Assembly (NCBI RefSeq): GCF_009914755.1
Contig: NC_060941.1
Direction: 5' to 3' (one strand)
DNA: 64,000 nucleotides
Origin: the human T2T-CHM13v2.0 reference genome, Homo sapiens
Shown here: positions 36,423 through 50,280 of the stretch, one piece after another
Numbering within the stretch: position 1 is the stretch's first letter
Layout: each line of letters begins with the position of its first letter
Program-made: the position numbers and the translations under genes
The notes under the pieces: generated by a model
The model's database searches: none
What the model was told of the DNA's origin: nothing
What the model saw: only the letters and a program-made list of their open reading frames with translations

Positions 36423-37522
36423 TAATACTACTAATAAGGAATATTTTAACAAAGAGTTTTTCAGTAAATCGCATATAATGATACAATCTTTAAATAAGCA
36501 GGTTATCATAAACATAAAATTCTGTTGTTGAAAGGATTTTGAAAGGTCGTCCAGTCTTGACTTCTGTTTAAGGTAAATTATTTTATCAACAGAATTTTTC
36601 CATTCCTTTTCTGAAGAAATCAAAATCCCACAGTTTCTGTGTGGAATACAACAATTAGCATTGTATTTTGTTGTTTTGTAAGTTTTCCACCATATTACAT
36701 ATCCCTACTACCTCCAACTGCCAAGGGAGATTATGATATTAATAGAGAAGGCATTGAATATGTTCCCATATGTTTCATTTATAATTTCATGGGTTTTCCT
36801 AAAAATTTGTTTATGGGGATATTTAAGTTTATTTTCTTTGGGCAGTTAAAAAACTATTTTTAACAGATGATCTTGAGTTATTTTTCTTGGGTCATGTGGC
36901 ACTTTTGAGGAGTGAATTTATAGCCAGGATCTTGATTCCTGTGTTTGCATTTTTACTGATGTGGCTATTAGAGACTTGTGATTTTGGTAGGTTAACAAAT
37001 TTAAAACCAACCTATGAAGGTTGGTTAAATATGTTAATTATGTAGAGGCTGCCAGAGCATGTTTGGCTGTGTCACAAGACATGAGTTCTCTTGATTGATT
37101 CTGCATGCTGTAACCTTGAAAAATGCCAATCAAAGGCAGGTACAAAGCAGTTAAGCACTGACTTGAAAAGCATCTTAATGTCTGTATGAGAATCTCATAT
37201 TTAAAGTTAGAGATAGAAACTAATCTGTAAGGAAAATATTTACTCTTAAACTGGTGAATCTAATTTTTAATTTAACAGTTATATATGTGCGTGTATTTTG
37301 CACTTAAAAGTAAATGACTTGTCTTGGTTTTTCTGGAGTTTTTTTTTAACTTCTAAAATAATGAAAAGAAACATAACCTATAATAGTCTTGAAGATTTGC
37401 AACATATGTGTACTGTGGAAGGATTTTTAAATCAGCTTTTCATAAACCATCATTCCTAGTAATTGGAGTCTTAGCTTATACTAAGGGTGAAGTTAGAGAG
37501 GTGAGTGTATTTTCCCTTTCTC

Positions 37523-37693
37523 TGATTCCTGCAATATTTTCTTAAGTAAGTAAACGTATATATCTAAAGTTGCTGAAACAGAAATAATTATCTACATATA
37601 TCATGATTCCTCCAATGTTTTCATAAATAAGTAAACGTATATATCTAAAGTTGCTGAAACAGAAATAATTACCCCCAACATCTACATATATTA
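37523..37693. repeat. 81-bp tandem duplication (second copy has an extra 9 nt)
   Basis: Core taagtaaacgtatatatctaaagttgctgaaacagaaataatta is identical in both copies. Confidence 0.9.
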
Positions 37694-38259
37694 TGCACAC
37701 AAAAAAACTTTATGTCAGCATATTAATTATAAAAACTATTAGAATGTGAGACTTTTTCTAGGCATTTAAATTTATCTCTTAAAATAGTTCTTCTTTTTTA
37801 GCTGAAAATAATTTATGCTAAAAGTCACTTGGGAGAAGGAAGATTAACTTCAGTGCTATCTTATACTTCTTGTTCTTTACATTGTTAAATACTATACACA
37901 TTGATTTAAACAGAGGTACACCCCCTTGGCTGAGAAGCATTTGTGATCCAAAGTAGATACTAACAGAAATAAACAGAAACTATTAACGAATGATCTGCCA
38001 CACTAAGATTTAAGAATAATTGTTTCTGTGTTGTAAAACTTATTGTAAGATTTTTGAGGGAAGGAACATTATCTTATGCTTTTAAATCTCACAGCCAATG
38101 GCATAGAGGCTTATACGTACATGCTTCACAAATACCTTATCAACAAAAAAAAATTTTTCAGTGTCTTTTCATTTTAGTGGGCTCAAGTGTTTTCATATTG
38201 CTGGAGTTTATATTTAGACAGGATATGATAAGAGTGAAAACATTCAAAAATAAGTAAAG

Positions 38260-39000
38260 TTCAAATGGCCAACAAGTATAAGAAGAGGTACTCAACATCA
38301 TTAGTCATCAGAGAAATGCAAGTCAGAACCAATAGTGAGATACCACTCATTGCATACCTGCTAGAATGGCTATCATCAAAAAGTCAGGTAATGACAAGCG
38401 CTGGTGCAGATGTGGAGAAATTGGAACCTGTATGCACTGCTGGTAAGAATGTTCCTCAAAGAGGTTAAGCATAGAATTACCATATAACCCAGCTATTCCA
38501 CCAAGTATACACCTACAAGCAATGAAAAACATATGTCCACATGAAAGCTTGTATGTGAGTATTCATAGCAGCATTATTCATAACTAAACATTTATCTGAT
38601 AAAATCTAGTATATCCATATAATGGAATATTACTCAGCAATAAAAAAAAGTAGTACCATTACATACTACAACATGAATGAACTTTGAAAACATGCTAAGC
38701 AAAAGGAGCCAGTCAAAAAGACCACATATTGGATGATTCCAGTTACATGAAATGTCCAGGACTGGCAGATCTATAAAGACAGAAAATATATTTGGGATGG
38801 CCTAGGGCTGGGAGGGGAGAATGAGAAGAGTGAGAGGGTCACTGCTAATGGGTATGGGGTTTCTTTTTGGGGTGATAGAAATGCTCTAAAATTGATTTTG
38901 GTGGTGTTGTGTATATCTGTGAATATACTAAAATACTGAATTGTACACTTTAAATGGGTAAACTGTGTGCTCTGTGAACCATATCTCAAGCGATTACATT
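38260..39000 (+). mobile_element. Old L1M 3' fragment
   Basis: ORF 38265-38468 MANKYKKRYSTSLVIREMQ.. is ORF2p C-terminus-like, followed by L1 3'UTR. Confidence 0.85.
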
Positions 39001-42000
39001 TTTTAGAAGTGGTTTAGGAGCTACTTAAATGATGAAAGGAGACATAGAGTTAGAAGTGAGGGGTGAGCATCCAAGGTACGTGGCCCAGCTTGGGAGAAAG
39101 AGGAATTGGATCATTTAAAAAGAACATGGAGTGAATTTATCTAAGGACTGAAGAGGAAGAATATAGAAATATGTAAGAAGTAAGAGATGTGGTTGCCTTA
39201 GTGATTGGAAATGGCAGGGGTTCTCTCTGAAGGGAATACCATCTGGTCATTAATCTGAATTTGGTGACTCTGACCTGGACTGCCAGATTACCTGCAGTAT
39301 ACATGAATCAGTGACAGGATAAATTAATATTTGTAGTATTTCTAGTTGGCATGTATTTAACAAAATAAAAATGTGCTTTGTCATACCACCTTGCTTTTTA
39401 AAATGTTTATATTCTCTCAAGAAAATAAGGGGAAATTTTCAGGCTGATCCAAGTGTTAAGAATATTAGTCATTGTAAAATGGAAGCATTCACTTTGTCAA
39501 ACCATTAGCATATAGTTTTTTCAGATGTTTTTAATTAAATATTAAAGGTATATTCAGCTAAATATTGTAGAAATGCATAGAGTGATAGAAAAATATTTAT
39601 TACTGGTAAGAAAACAAAAGTTGTGAGCATTTTTCTTTAAAAGGAGGAACTATACTTATATACACTACAGTAATCATATCAGTCACAGAATCCTCAATTT
39701 TGCATTTGTTGTATTTCCAGCTTTCACACAGAAAAATTGTGTGTGCATGTGTGCACGTGCTCAAATAAAAGAATCCCTTCAGGGGCACTATGTTGTTATG
39801 TATCCAGATATTCTCTTTTCTCCTTCCACCCCTCCCCCACCACCCCCTCCCTTCTTGTAAATTGGCTTATTAAAACTGGTTCCCAAGCCCTCCTTTTTTC
39901 CCTTTGTGATTGCCTTGGTCTTGGATTTTCAGTGTAGAACTAAAAATTCAAGTCAGATTTCAGTTACTAGGATAATTTTCTTTGAATTTTAAATTTTTCT
40001 AAGTAAATGCATAGATTTTTAATGAACCTGGTATTCAGTGGATTTGCTTTAAATTTAGCTGCAGAGTTAATTTCATGATTGATTTATTAGCCCTTTGAAA
40101 GTATAAAAAGTGGTATCTGCAGTTCGTGAAGAGTGAAAAACATCATCACATTTTGTTTAGCATCTTTTTAAAACCAATTAAAAGCTTTTCTAAAATGGAT
40201 TGAACAGGAGAAAATAAAACATGTTCCCTAGGTCTTTATTTCAATCAAGTTTCCCTGTGTTCTGCAGGAGAAGAGATCGAGAGGGGATAGAAAAATTGAA
40301 AAGGGCTGTCCCAGCAGGGAGCCAAGCCGGAAAAAAGGGCTTCTCTGAGAACTCAGCAGCAGCAGCTAAGAAAGCTCCCAGCCTGCTTCATCTACATGCA
40401 GAGTCACACAAGGCATGGGGGTGCTCACTGTCACACAGAGGTTTCACATGTGCTTCCCTGCTGATTCCTGTGAAAAGCTAACAATTGGCTTGGAGGGTAA
40501 AAGACCACTGCAGTTCACCCTCCCTGAGCTGGACGTACAATTTGTCCAGTGTTAGGAAATGTCCGGCTTAGCAGTGAGAGGCTTGAAGACACCCCTCCTT
40601 CCAGTGAGATTCCTAACGCCGTCTCTTTTACTTGATGACACTGGGGCTCTTTTCAAGTTTTGCAGATTTATGGAAGTTGAGGGGAATGTGCTTTTCAAGA
40701 TCAGGAGGATGAAAGCCTTGGTCTTAATGTCAAGGAGGAAGCGGTAGTGAGTGGTAAGGCCAGGTAACTCTTCCTGCAGCCTGCAGGACCAGTGGCTTGA
40801 TTTTTCCTCATAGATCTCTTCTGCCACCTTCTTTTTTTTTTCTTTTTGGGAGACAGAGTGTCTGAAAAGGAACTCCTTGGGCTGTAAAATGACATGATTC
40901 CCCAGTTTCCTCAACAAGTGTGAGAGTAGTTAAGCCTATTAACCTCACTGTTTAATGCTGGGTTTGACACTTTTGTGCATCAAATTGGAAAACCTCATCT
41001 GTATGTAACAGGGTAGCCTCGTAATTTATGGAGGAGCAATCCTTCCTCAGTTCAGTGCTTCCCAACCTTTTTAGATTATGGTGCATACAAAATGATAACA
41101 TCTGATGATACACTTGGGTAAGTGGATGAGGCCACTCACAACTGGCCAGGGCTCTAGCCTTCCCAACAGCTGGCAGGAATTGATATCTTAGTCCAGGTAT
41201 AACTCATTTGAAGCTCAACGATTGGAAAACTCTTTGGAAACTTTAAACTTTTACAAAAGAAGAATTACCACTCCAACGTCATAGCAGTATTACTGAAGTA
41301 GAACTCAGACCTAACAGTTATTAGTGTTCTGGCTAAATTTTATGATGTTGTTGAGAATAGTAACTTCCTCGCTGCTCTGACACCTAGGAATATTACCTAA
41401 TAAGAGAGAAATACAGCTTAAAGCTTGGAGGACCTAAGGTGTGGACCAATAAGAAACTGTCAGCATTCTCAGGATGGGGACTTGGGTAGACACACTTGTT
41501 TCTGCATGAGTTTTGTTTTTAACATCAGCAGTCTCTAGACAACATTGCTTTCATGTAGTCCTTACATGACATCTTAGCAGTCTTACTTCAGATATGGTTA
41601 TAGGACATCTTGGTATCTTGATAATATTAAGCAACTCTTTAGGCTTTGGGTTGCTTTAGTGAAATAAGCAGATAATGGAAGAGACTCCAAATCATGCAGG
41701 CCTAAACATGAGTATCTCTCCATCTATTTGTTCAAAATTAACTCTGGCTAATGACTATGATATGACTCAATAAGATATATAACCACTTTAGGAAAGAGGC
41801 TTAGTCATTTTGCCAGACACATTAATTTTAATCCACTGATGTGGTGACTTTTGCATTGGGCTTCATTTCTTTTATCTAAAAAAAAAAATGATGCTTGACA
41901 GTTTAGTGGCCTGCTTAGTAAGTCAGTGACATTAGATACCTACTATATTTATAATATTCTCTTTAGGTATACTTTGCTTAGTATAGTAGATTTTCTTGGA

Positions 42001-42256
42001 AAGTCCTTTGTAGATTGAACATGTGTGTGTGTATATATACATATCTCTGAGGACAAAGGAAATTTCCAGAGATCTGTGTTCTTGTTTTCTGGACAGAAAG
42101 ATAATGTATAGTGAATGTATAGTGATCAACTAAGATAATGCCTAGTGAAGCCCTTTGTAAACCTGTGGACTACATAGATAGACAGTATTAAAGAACATAT
42201 ATATATAGTACATATATATGTAGATTAATTTCAAATGTATCAAAAACAGTGAAATA

Positions 42257-42550
42257 GGCCAGACATTGTGGCTCACGCCTGTAATCCTAGCACTTTGAGA
42301 GGCCAAGGCAGGAAGATTGCTTAAGGCCAGGAGTTCGAGACCAGCCTAGGCAACATAGTAAGACCAGTCTTTACAAAAAAAAGTTAGTCGAATGTGGTGG
42401 TGAGCATCCGTAGACCCAGCTATTCAGGAGGCTGAGGCAGGAGGATCGCTTGAGCCCATGAGTTCAAGACCGCAGGAAGCTGATTCTTACCACCGCACTC
42501 TAGCCTGAGTGATAGAGCAAGACTCTGTCTCTAAAAACAAAACCAACAAA
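42257..42550 (+). mobile_element. AluJ
   Basis: AluJ features (aggattgcttaag, gatcgcttgagccc); TSD AAAAACAGTGAA. Confidence 0.93.
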
Positions 42551-42964
42551 AAACAGTGAAGTAAATTATTTTATAAAACATTGCTACAGATATCTGCTGA
42601 ATAAAATCAAATTTTCAAAATAGGGTTTTGTTTTGGTTTTGGTAGAGCACATCTATAGTAGATATTAATACCAGAATAAATTATAAGATATATATGCCAT
42701 TTTCTGATAACTCAAAATTAAATATCTAAATTTTAATCATCAGAGAAATGCTAATAGTGTTGAGACGAAATATTTTTTCATTGCTAGAATGTATTCTTCC
42801 AGATCCATTGCCTTAAATAAGTTACTGTGGCATTACATTAGCTTTTGAAAGGTGGGGATTATAACGTCGTAGTAGTCCATGGGTGCCATGACTCTAGTTA
42901 AGAGCACCCTTTCTGTAGAACTTACTCTTTGTATTGAACTTGAGGTTTAAAAAAAAAAAAAAGA

Positions 42965-43465
<501 letters not shown>

Positions 43466-44784
43466 TCAGCTTGTAAGATAGGAAAACTGAAGAACGTATA
43501 ATAACTGCTATATAGAGGAAGTTTCCATAGGAAGTGAGTTCAGAGCTCCCACTTTGGAATGCCTGAACCCAACTTCCCTCATTTGCAGTACTGGGAAAAG
43601 AAACCTGCTTCCCCATCTCTCATTCACTGAAATTTAGAAGCTTCCTACATCCTAAGACAAATACTCTTGTCTGGGGATTAGGGATTCCTGTTGTAGAAAG
43701 AAGTAGGAAGTGGAGACAGGAATTGCCAAGATCAGTAGGCCACCACCAGGTCACACTTGTCTTCAGCCTCCAGGGACTGGCCCACCTGCTTCCTTTCCCT
43801 GCCACCACCTGTTGCTTGTGGCTGAAGTTCCCCTTTTCTCCTAACTCATGGTGCAACAAAGTGGTGCTTCACAGTTTCTTTCCTACCTTTCTGTCCCAGA
43901 AACAAGAATGCAGATCTTTGGAGATTTCCTGTGTCCTTGGGGATCTCACAATGGCCAGAAGCCCTGGCCCTCCCTCTACTCCTTACCCTGTTAATCTTGG
44001 ATGGTAGGATTATAGGTGATTTCTTTTTTATTTTGCTTTATTGTTTCCTGTACTTTATAGATTTTCTACAATAAGCATATGTTACTTTGATAATCAGGAA
44101 AAAATAAAAAATGTGTATACAATTATTTTTAACTTAGCAGTATAACTGTCAAAAATTCCTTAATTCCATTGCTTTGGTACTAATTTGCTGCTAACCACTA
44201 GGGTTAAATGAGACTACCTTTGTATCTAAGCTTGTCTATGTATAATATATTTTTAACCTTGTTCTTTTTATGACTTAAGATTTAATTGAATATCTGAAAT
44301 ATGCTGTGGGTTTTGGAGTAAAAGTGTGCAAGTGCCTCCTAACTCTCACAGTTGTCCTGGGAAACCCACCTGGCACTTGGCTCAGTGCCATGCTCCCCAT
44401 CTAAACTTACCATGGTTGAATGCCAGTGTGACTAAAGTTGACCAAGGTAGATGGTAACGATTGTCTTAAGCTTCATTGAAAGGAGATCGGAAGTTTCTTT
44501 TTCACCAAAAATATTTCTTTTGACATAGAAGTTTAAAACATTTCTTTAAGGAACATCTGCTTTTATTAGATGTACATTTAAGAAATCCTTCTCAGTATAG
44601 AGATAAAAAGATGAATAAGACATTGTACCTGCCCTCAGATGGCTCATAGTCCAAGAACACTGTTCAATTGTGAAGTTTGTGCACAAGGTGGGCACAGGTC
44701 AAGTAGCAAATGAAGGTTAACATCCAGCCCACATGCTGCCCACCAAGGAGTCCACCCTGGTTTGGGACTGAATCTGCCCTGAGT

Positions 44785-44923
44785 AAGGTTACCAGATTTA
44801 GCAGATAGGAATATAGGATACTTAGTTAAATTTAAATTTCAGAAAAACATCACATAATTTTTTAGCATCAGCATATCCCATATTTTGGTCAGACTTATAC
44901 TCAGGTATTTCTCTAGCAACCCT
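44785..44923. mobile_element. MER53-like MITE (internally deleted)
   Basis: aaggttaccagatttagca..ttaaatttaaatttcag..ctagcaaccct termini. Confidence 0.7.
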
Positions 44924-45044
44924 AACGCTGAACAAGAGGAAGAGGGTGCCTTTTAGCTCATACGAGGTGCTGGGGCTTGGGGAAGGAAGCAAGGGTGGCC
45001 GCACTCACCCAGATGATTGCTTTTTTCTAATTTGTTCACCTAGG

Positions 45045-45047
45045 GTG

Positions 45048-45086
<39 letters not shown>
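45045..45086. repeat. (TG)n microsatellite
   Basis: About 20 TG units with one interruption. Confidence 0.92.
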
Positions 45087-45093
<7 letters not shown>

Positions 45094-45390
45094 TCCATGC
45101 AGAAGCTAACTGGTGTCCCTGTCACAATCCAGGGTGGGAGAAAGATGTGAAAACATGATGCATAGAGTTAGGTTTTATATGTTACGTGGTTCCAGTGGAA
45201 CATAAAGGAAAGTGTGGTCCATTTTACCTGAGAAGATGTGCAAATCATTCACAAATAGTAGTTTCGGATCCTGGTCTTGAAAGATGAGTAAAAGGGAGAT
45301 TTAGTCAGGGCCATTGTGCCATGCTAAGGAATTCAAGCGCTGCAGCAATGGAGAGAGAAGGTGAAGGATTTATGTATGCTAAAATTAGCA

Positions 45391-45697
45391 TATTATTATT
45401 ATTATTATTATTATTAGAGATAGGATCTTGCTGTGTTGCCCAGGGTGGAGTGCAGTGACGCAGTCTCAATCACTGCAGCCTTTACCTCCTGGGCTCAATT
45501 GATCCTCCCGCCTCAGCCCCTGGAGTAGCTGGGACAACAGGTGCACACCACCACACCTGACTAATCTTTATATTTTTTGTATAGACAGGGTTTTGCCATG
45601 TTACCCAGGCTGGTCTCAAACTCCTGGGCTCAAGCAGTCCACCCACCTCAGCTTCCCAGAGTGCTGGGATTACAGGTGTGAGCCATTACACCCAGCC
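45391..45697 (-). mobile_element. AluJ with (TTA)n tail
   Basis: cctcctgggctcaa AluJ pattern. Confidence 0.92.
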
Positions 45698-46261
45698 TAA
45701 ATTTTTTTAATTAACGTACAATATGATACTTGAGAATTTGAGGATATGTTCTGTGTACTTATCTTAGGCTTCATATGGCATAGTTTCACTGGAGGGAAGA
45801 ATAGAAATTCATAAGAAATTATAGGCTTCATTTTTTCTAAGTGACTGAAGCTTAACCTCTTTAAATATCAATTATTATACTTTAGCCTTTTTTAAGAGGA
45901 AAAAAATTGCTACATACATTCTTAGTGTCTGAAGCAAAGTATAATAAACTCTATGTTAATGAATAAGGACCATCATAACAAACCATAATTGATGGGTCAG
46001 TATTTTCATGGGTGGGACTCAGCAGGAACTGTTGGAATATACAGGATTCCGTCCTGGTGCCTGTTAGGTAGATACGGTGTGCCCTGTTTGTTGAGTTTTT
46101 TGTACCTTTTCTTTTTTTAGTGGTTTTGCTATCAGCTGTTACTTGCAGAATCCAAGTGAGTTGTGTCAGCTGGCCTGCCTCTGATGACTCCTTTTTCCAG
46201 TGTGCTGCTTTCATCTGCTATAAATTAAGGCAGGCAACCACCAGGATTCATGAGCTGTTCA

Positions 46262-47451
<1,190 letters not shown>

Positions 47452-48023
47452 TGATTTTAAAAGAAATTAGAATAATACTTTCATGGGTTCCTCAAAGTTT
47501 CATAGGCCCTGGGCACTGTGTCTAGTGGGTAAGTTGTCCTTGCCTGTCAGTTTTAAAGTTACTTGAACCTCACATTGTTTTTTCAGTACTAGGAGTGAGA
47601 GGATTTTTGCTTATTTCTGGTTCTTGGCTGTGCTCTGGATAGTTGAAATTGTTTAGCAGATTGGCCTCCAGATAAGTAAGGCATTATTATTGGATATAGT
47701 AAATTCATGTTCTGGAAGTTTGGGGCCTAAAGGAGCAATGTGGGCTCTGTAGGGTTAAATGAGGGCAGGGTATGGTGAGAAGGCAAATTTTGAAACATTG
47801 TGAACATAAGAGACAATTGCAAATTGGCAGAAAACTGGAGAAAGCATTTTAATAAACAAATGCTATGGATAAAAATCACAGAGGTAAAAATTAAATTAGA
47901 AAGGAGAATATTGACCTGATTAGAACACAGGGGTCAATTTAGGGTATATCAAGCTAAAAGCTGAGATAGGTAGGGAAAATCTACTGTGGATATAAGAGTG
48001 GGGAGTTTGGATTTGCTGATTAA

Positions 48024-48389
<366 letters not shown>

Positions 48390-49226
48390 TAATTTATTTA
48401 ACCTTTTCTCCTAAGAGCACAGAGGTCATTATTTCTAGGTAATAAATCTCCCTAACTCAAATTAAGAGATCAGCCATTGCTGATATGGGGCTTGTGGGGG
48501 CAGGGGCAAGAGTGGACCCCAAATCTAGTTTAAAATTACACAAATAAAAACAGTAGACAGCAAAGCATAGTGAAAATAGCAATGAGGCCTGAACTGTAGT
48601 TTCAGCTCCCTCACTGGACATGAGAGCCTCAGACAGATCACTTTACCTCTCACCCCAGGTTTCTCATCTGCAAAATGAGACAGAGAATGAGGGGGTTTGG
48701 GGGAATGAGGTAATCTTTAAGAGCTGCTCCCAATGTAAAATCTGATGATTCAGTGTCTTTTTCACAAATTGGAATTAGATATCCTTTAATATCATGAAGT
48801 CTGCTTTTGCCTATAGTATTTTAAATTATTAAGGGTTCAGTTTCTCGTTTCATATTCAGTCTGTATCATGAATTCCCCCCCTTATTGTCTTCTGTCCTGC
48901 TTGCAGCACCATGAGGATGGTTACAAAGAAGTAGACTAAGAATTTGCTTCAGGGTAAAATCTAATGGAGAGTTTAAGTGTAGTTGCCTGCCTAGTTGTGG
49001 CATGATTTATTTGAAACATCCTTCCTTTGGTATTCAGCTTAAACATTTAACTGCAAAAAAAAAAGAAAAGAAAAAGTTACAGGCATTTAAACAAGAGAAA
49101 TCAGAAATGCATGCAAAGAGGCCCAATTCCTCTCCCTTCACTTGTCTCTGGTTGCTTTTAATGGTAGTCGATCTTTTCCCTTGGTTTGGGGAAACCAAGA
49201 GTTGTAGGAGATGTTAATAGTACTTG

Positions 49227-49521
49227 GTTTTTGTTTTTGTTGTTGTTGTTGTTTTGAGATGTTTTGCTCTTGTTGCCCAGGCTGGAGTGCAGTGGCGCCA
49301 TCTCGGCTCACTGCAACCTCCGCCTCCCAGGTTCAAGCGTTCTCCTGCCTCAGCCTCCTTAGTAGCTGGGATTACAGGCATGTGCCACCACGCCTGGCTA
49401 ATTTAGTAGAGACAGCATTTCACCATGTTGGTCAGGCTAGTCTCCAACTCCTGACCTCGTGATCCACCCGCCTCGGCCTCCCAAAGTGTTGAGATTATAG
49501 GTGTGAGCCACTGCACTGGCC
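49227..49521 (-). mobile_element. AluS
   Basis: (TTG)n tail; TSD AATAGTACTTG. Confidence 0.93.
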
Positions 49522-49847
49522 AATAGTACTTGTTATCTCACTAGCTTAGGTTAATGACAGCTAATGAATCTTATCTTTCCTCTGCTAGAGAAGTCTGTGT
49601 TATCCAGTCAATAGCTAATCAATTGATTAAAAGAGATAAGCCAGACTTTGGCACGAAGCATACATGCCGTTCATTCTAGATTATTTTCTTTAAAATTGGT
49701 TGCTATCAACACTTGGGGCTCAGAGGTGTAGACTCTGAAATGATAGTTACTTTCCTTTTGGACACTTAATATAATGTGCATTTTTCTAGGACCAGAAAGT
49801 AATAATGAAGGAGTGATCTGCTACCCTTGAAAGCTATACTGGGATTA

Positions 49848-50280
49848 TCATTCATTCAGTGCATATTTATTAACTTTGTACTTTGTACAAGGCAGTATGC
49901 TAGCCCTGGAAACATCAGTAAAGCCAAACCGACTTAAGTCCTGTCCTGATGAAGGAGAACTAGCAAGAAATACAGTAAATATAGTAAGTATATAGTATGT
50001 AAAAGGCGATCCAAACTGGAGGAGGGAAAGGGCAGGATAAGGGTTGGGGAGTTGCAGTTTTAAATGGAGGTATGTGGGGATTGAGTTGGCCTGTGGAAAA
50101 GCTGACATTCAGGCAGGTCCTTGACTTGGAGGGAAAGGCCTGTGTGGCTATGGAAGGGAAGAGCATTCCAGGCAGAGGAATCCTCTCTGTGTGCCAGGCA
50201 TGCCATGCTGAGTACTGCAAGGGCGCAGATGGATGATACGTGGTTTCTACCATCGGGGAGTTGACAGGCTAGAAACAAGA
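49848..50280 (-). mobile_element. L2 fragment
   Basis: tcattcattcagtgcatatttatt 3' end; gaagagcattccaggcagagg. Confidence 0.75.

Noticed and set aside
40221-40917. Overlapping ORFs in the intron 17 island as a hidden gene
   Set aside because: No recognisable domains, low-complexity K/R runs from A/T tracts and no clear splice structure.
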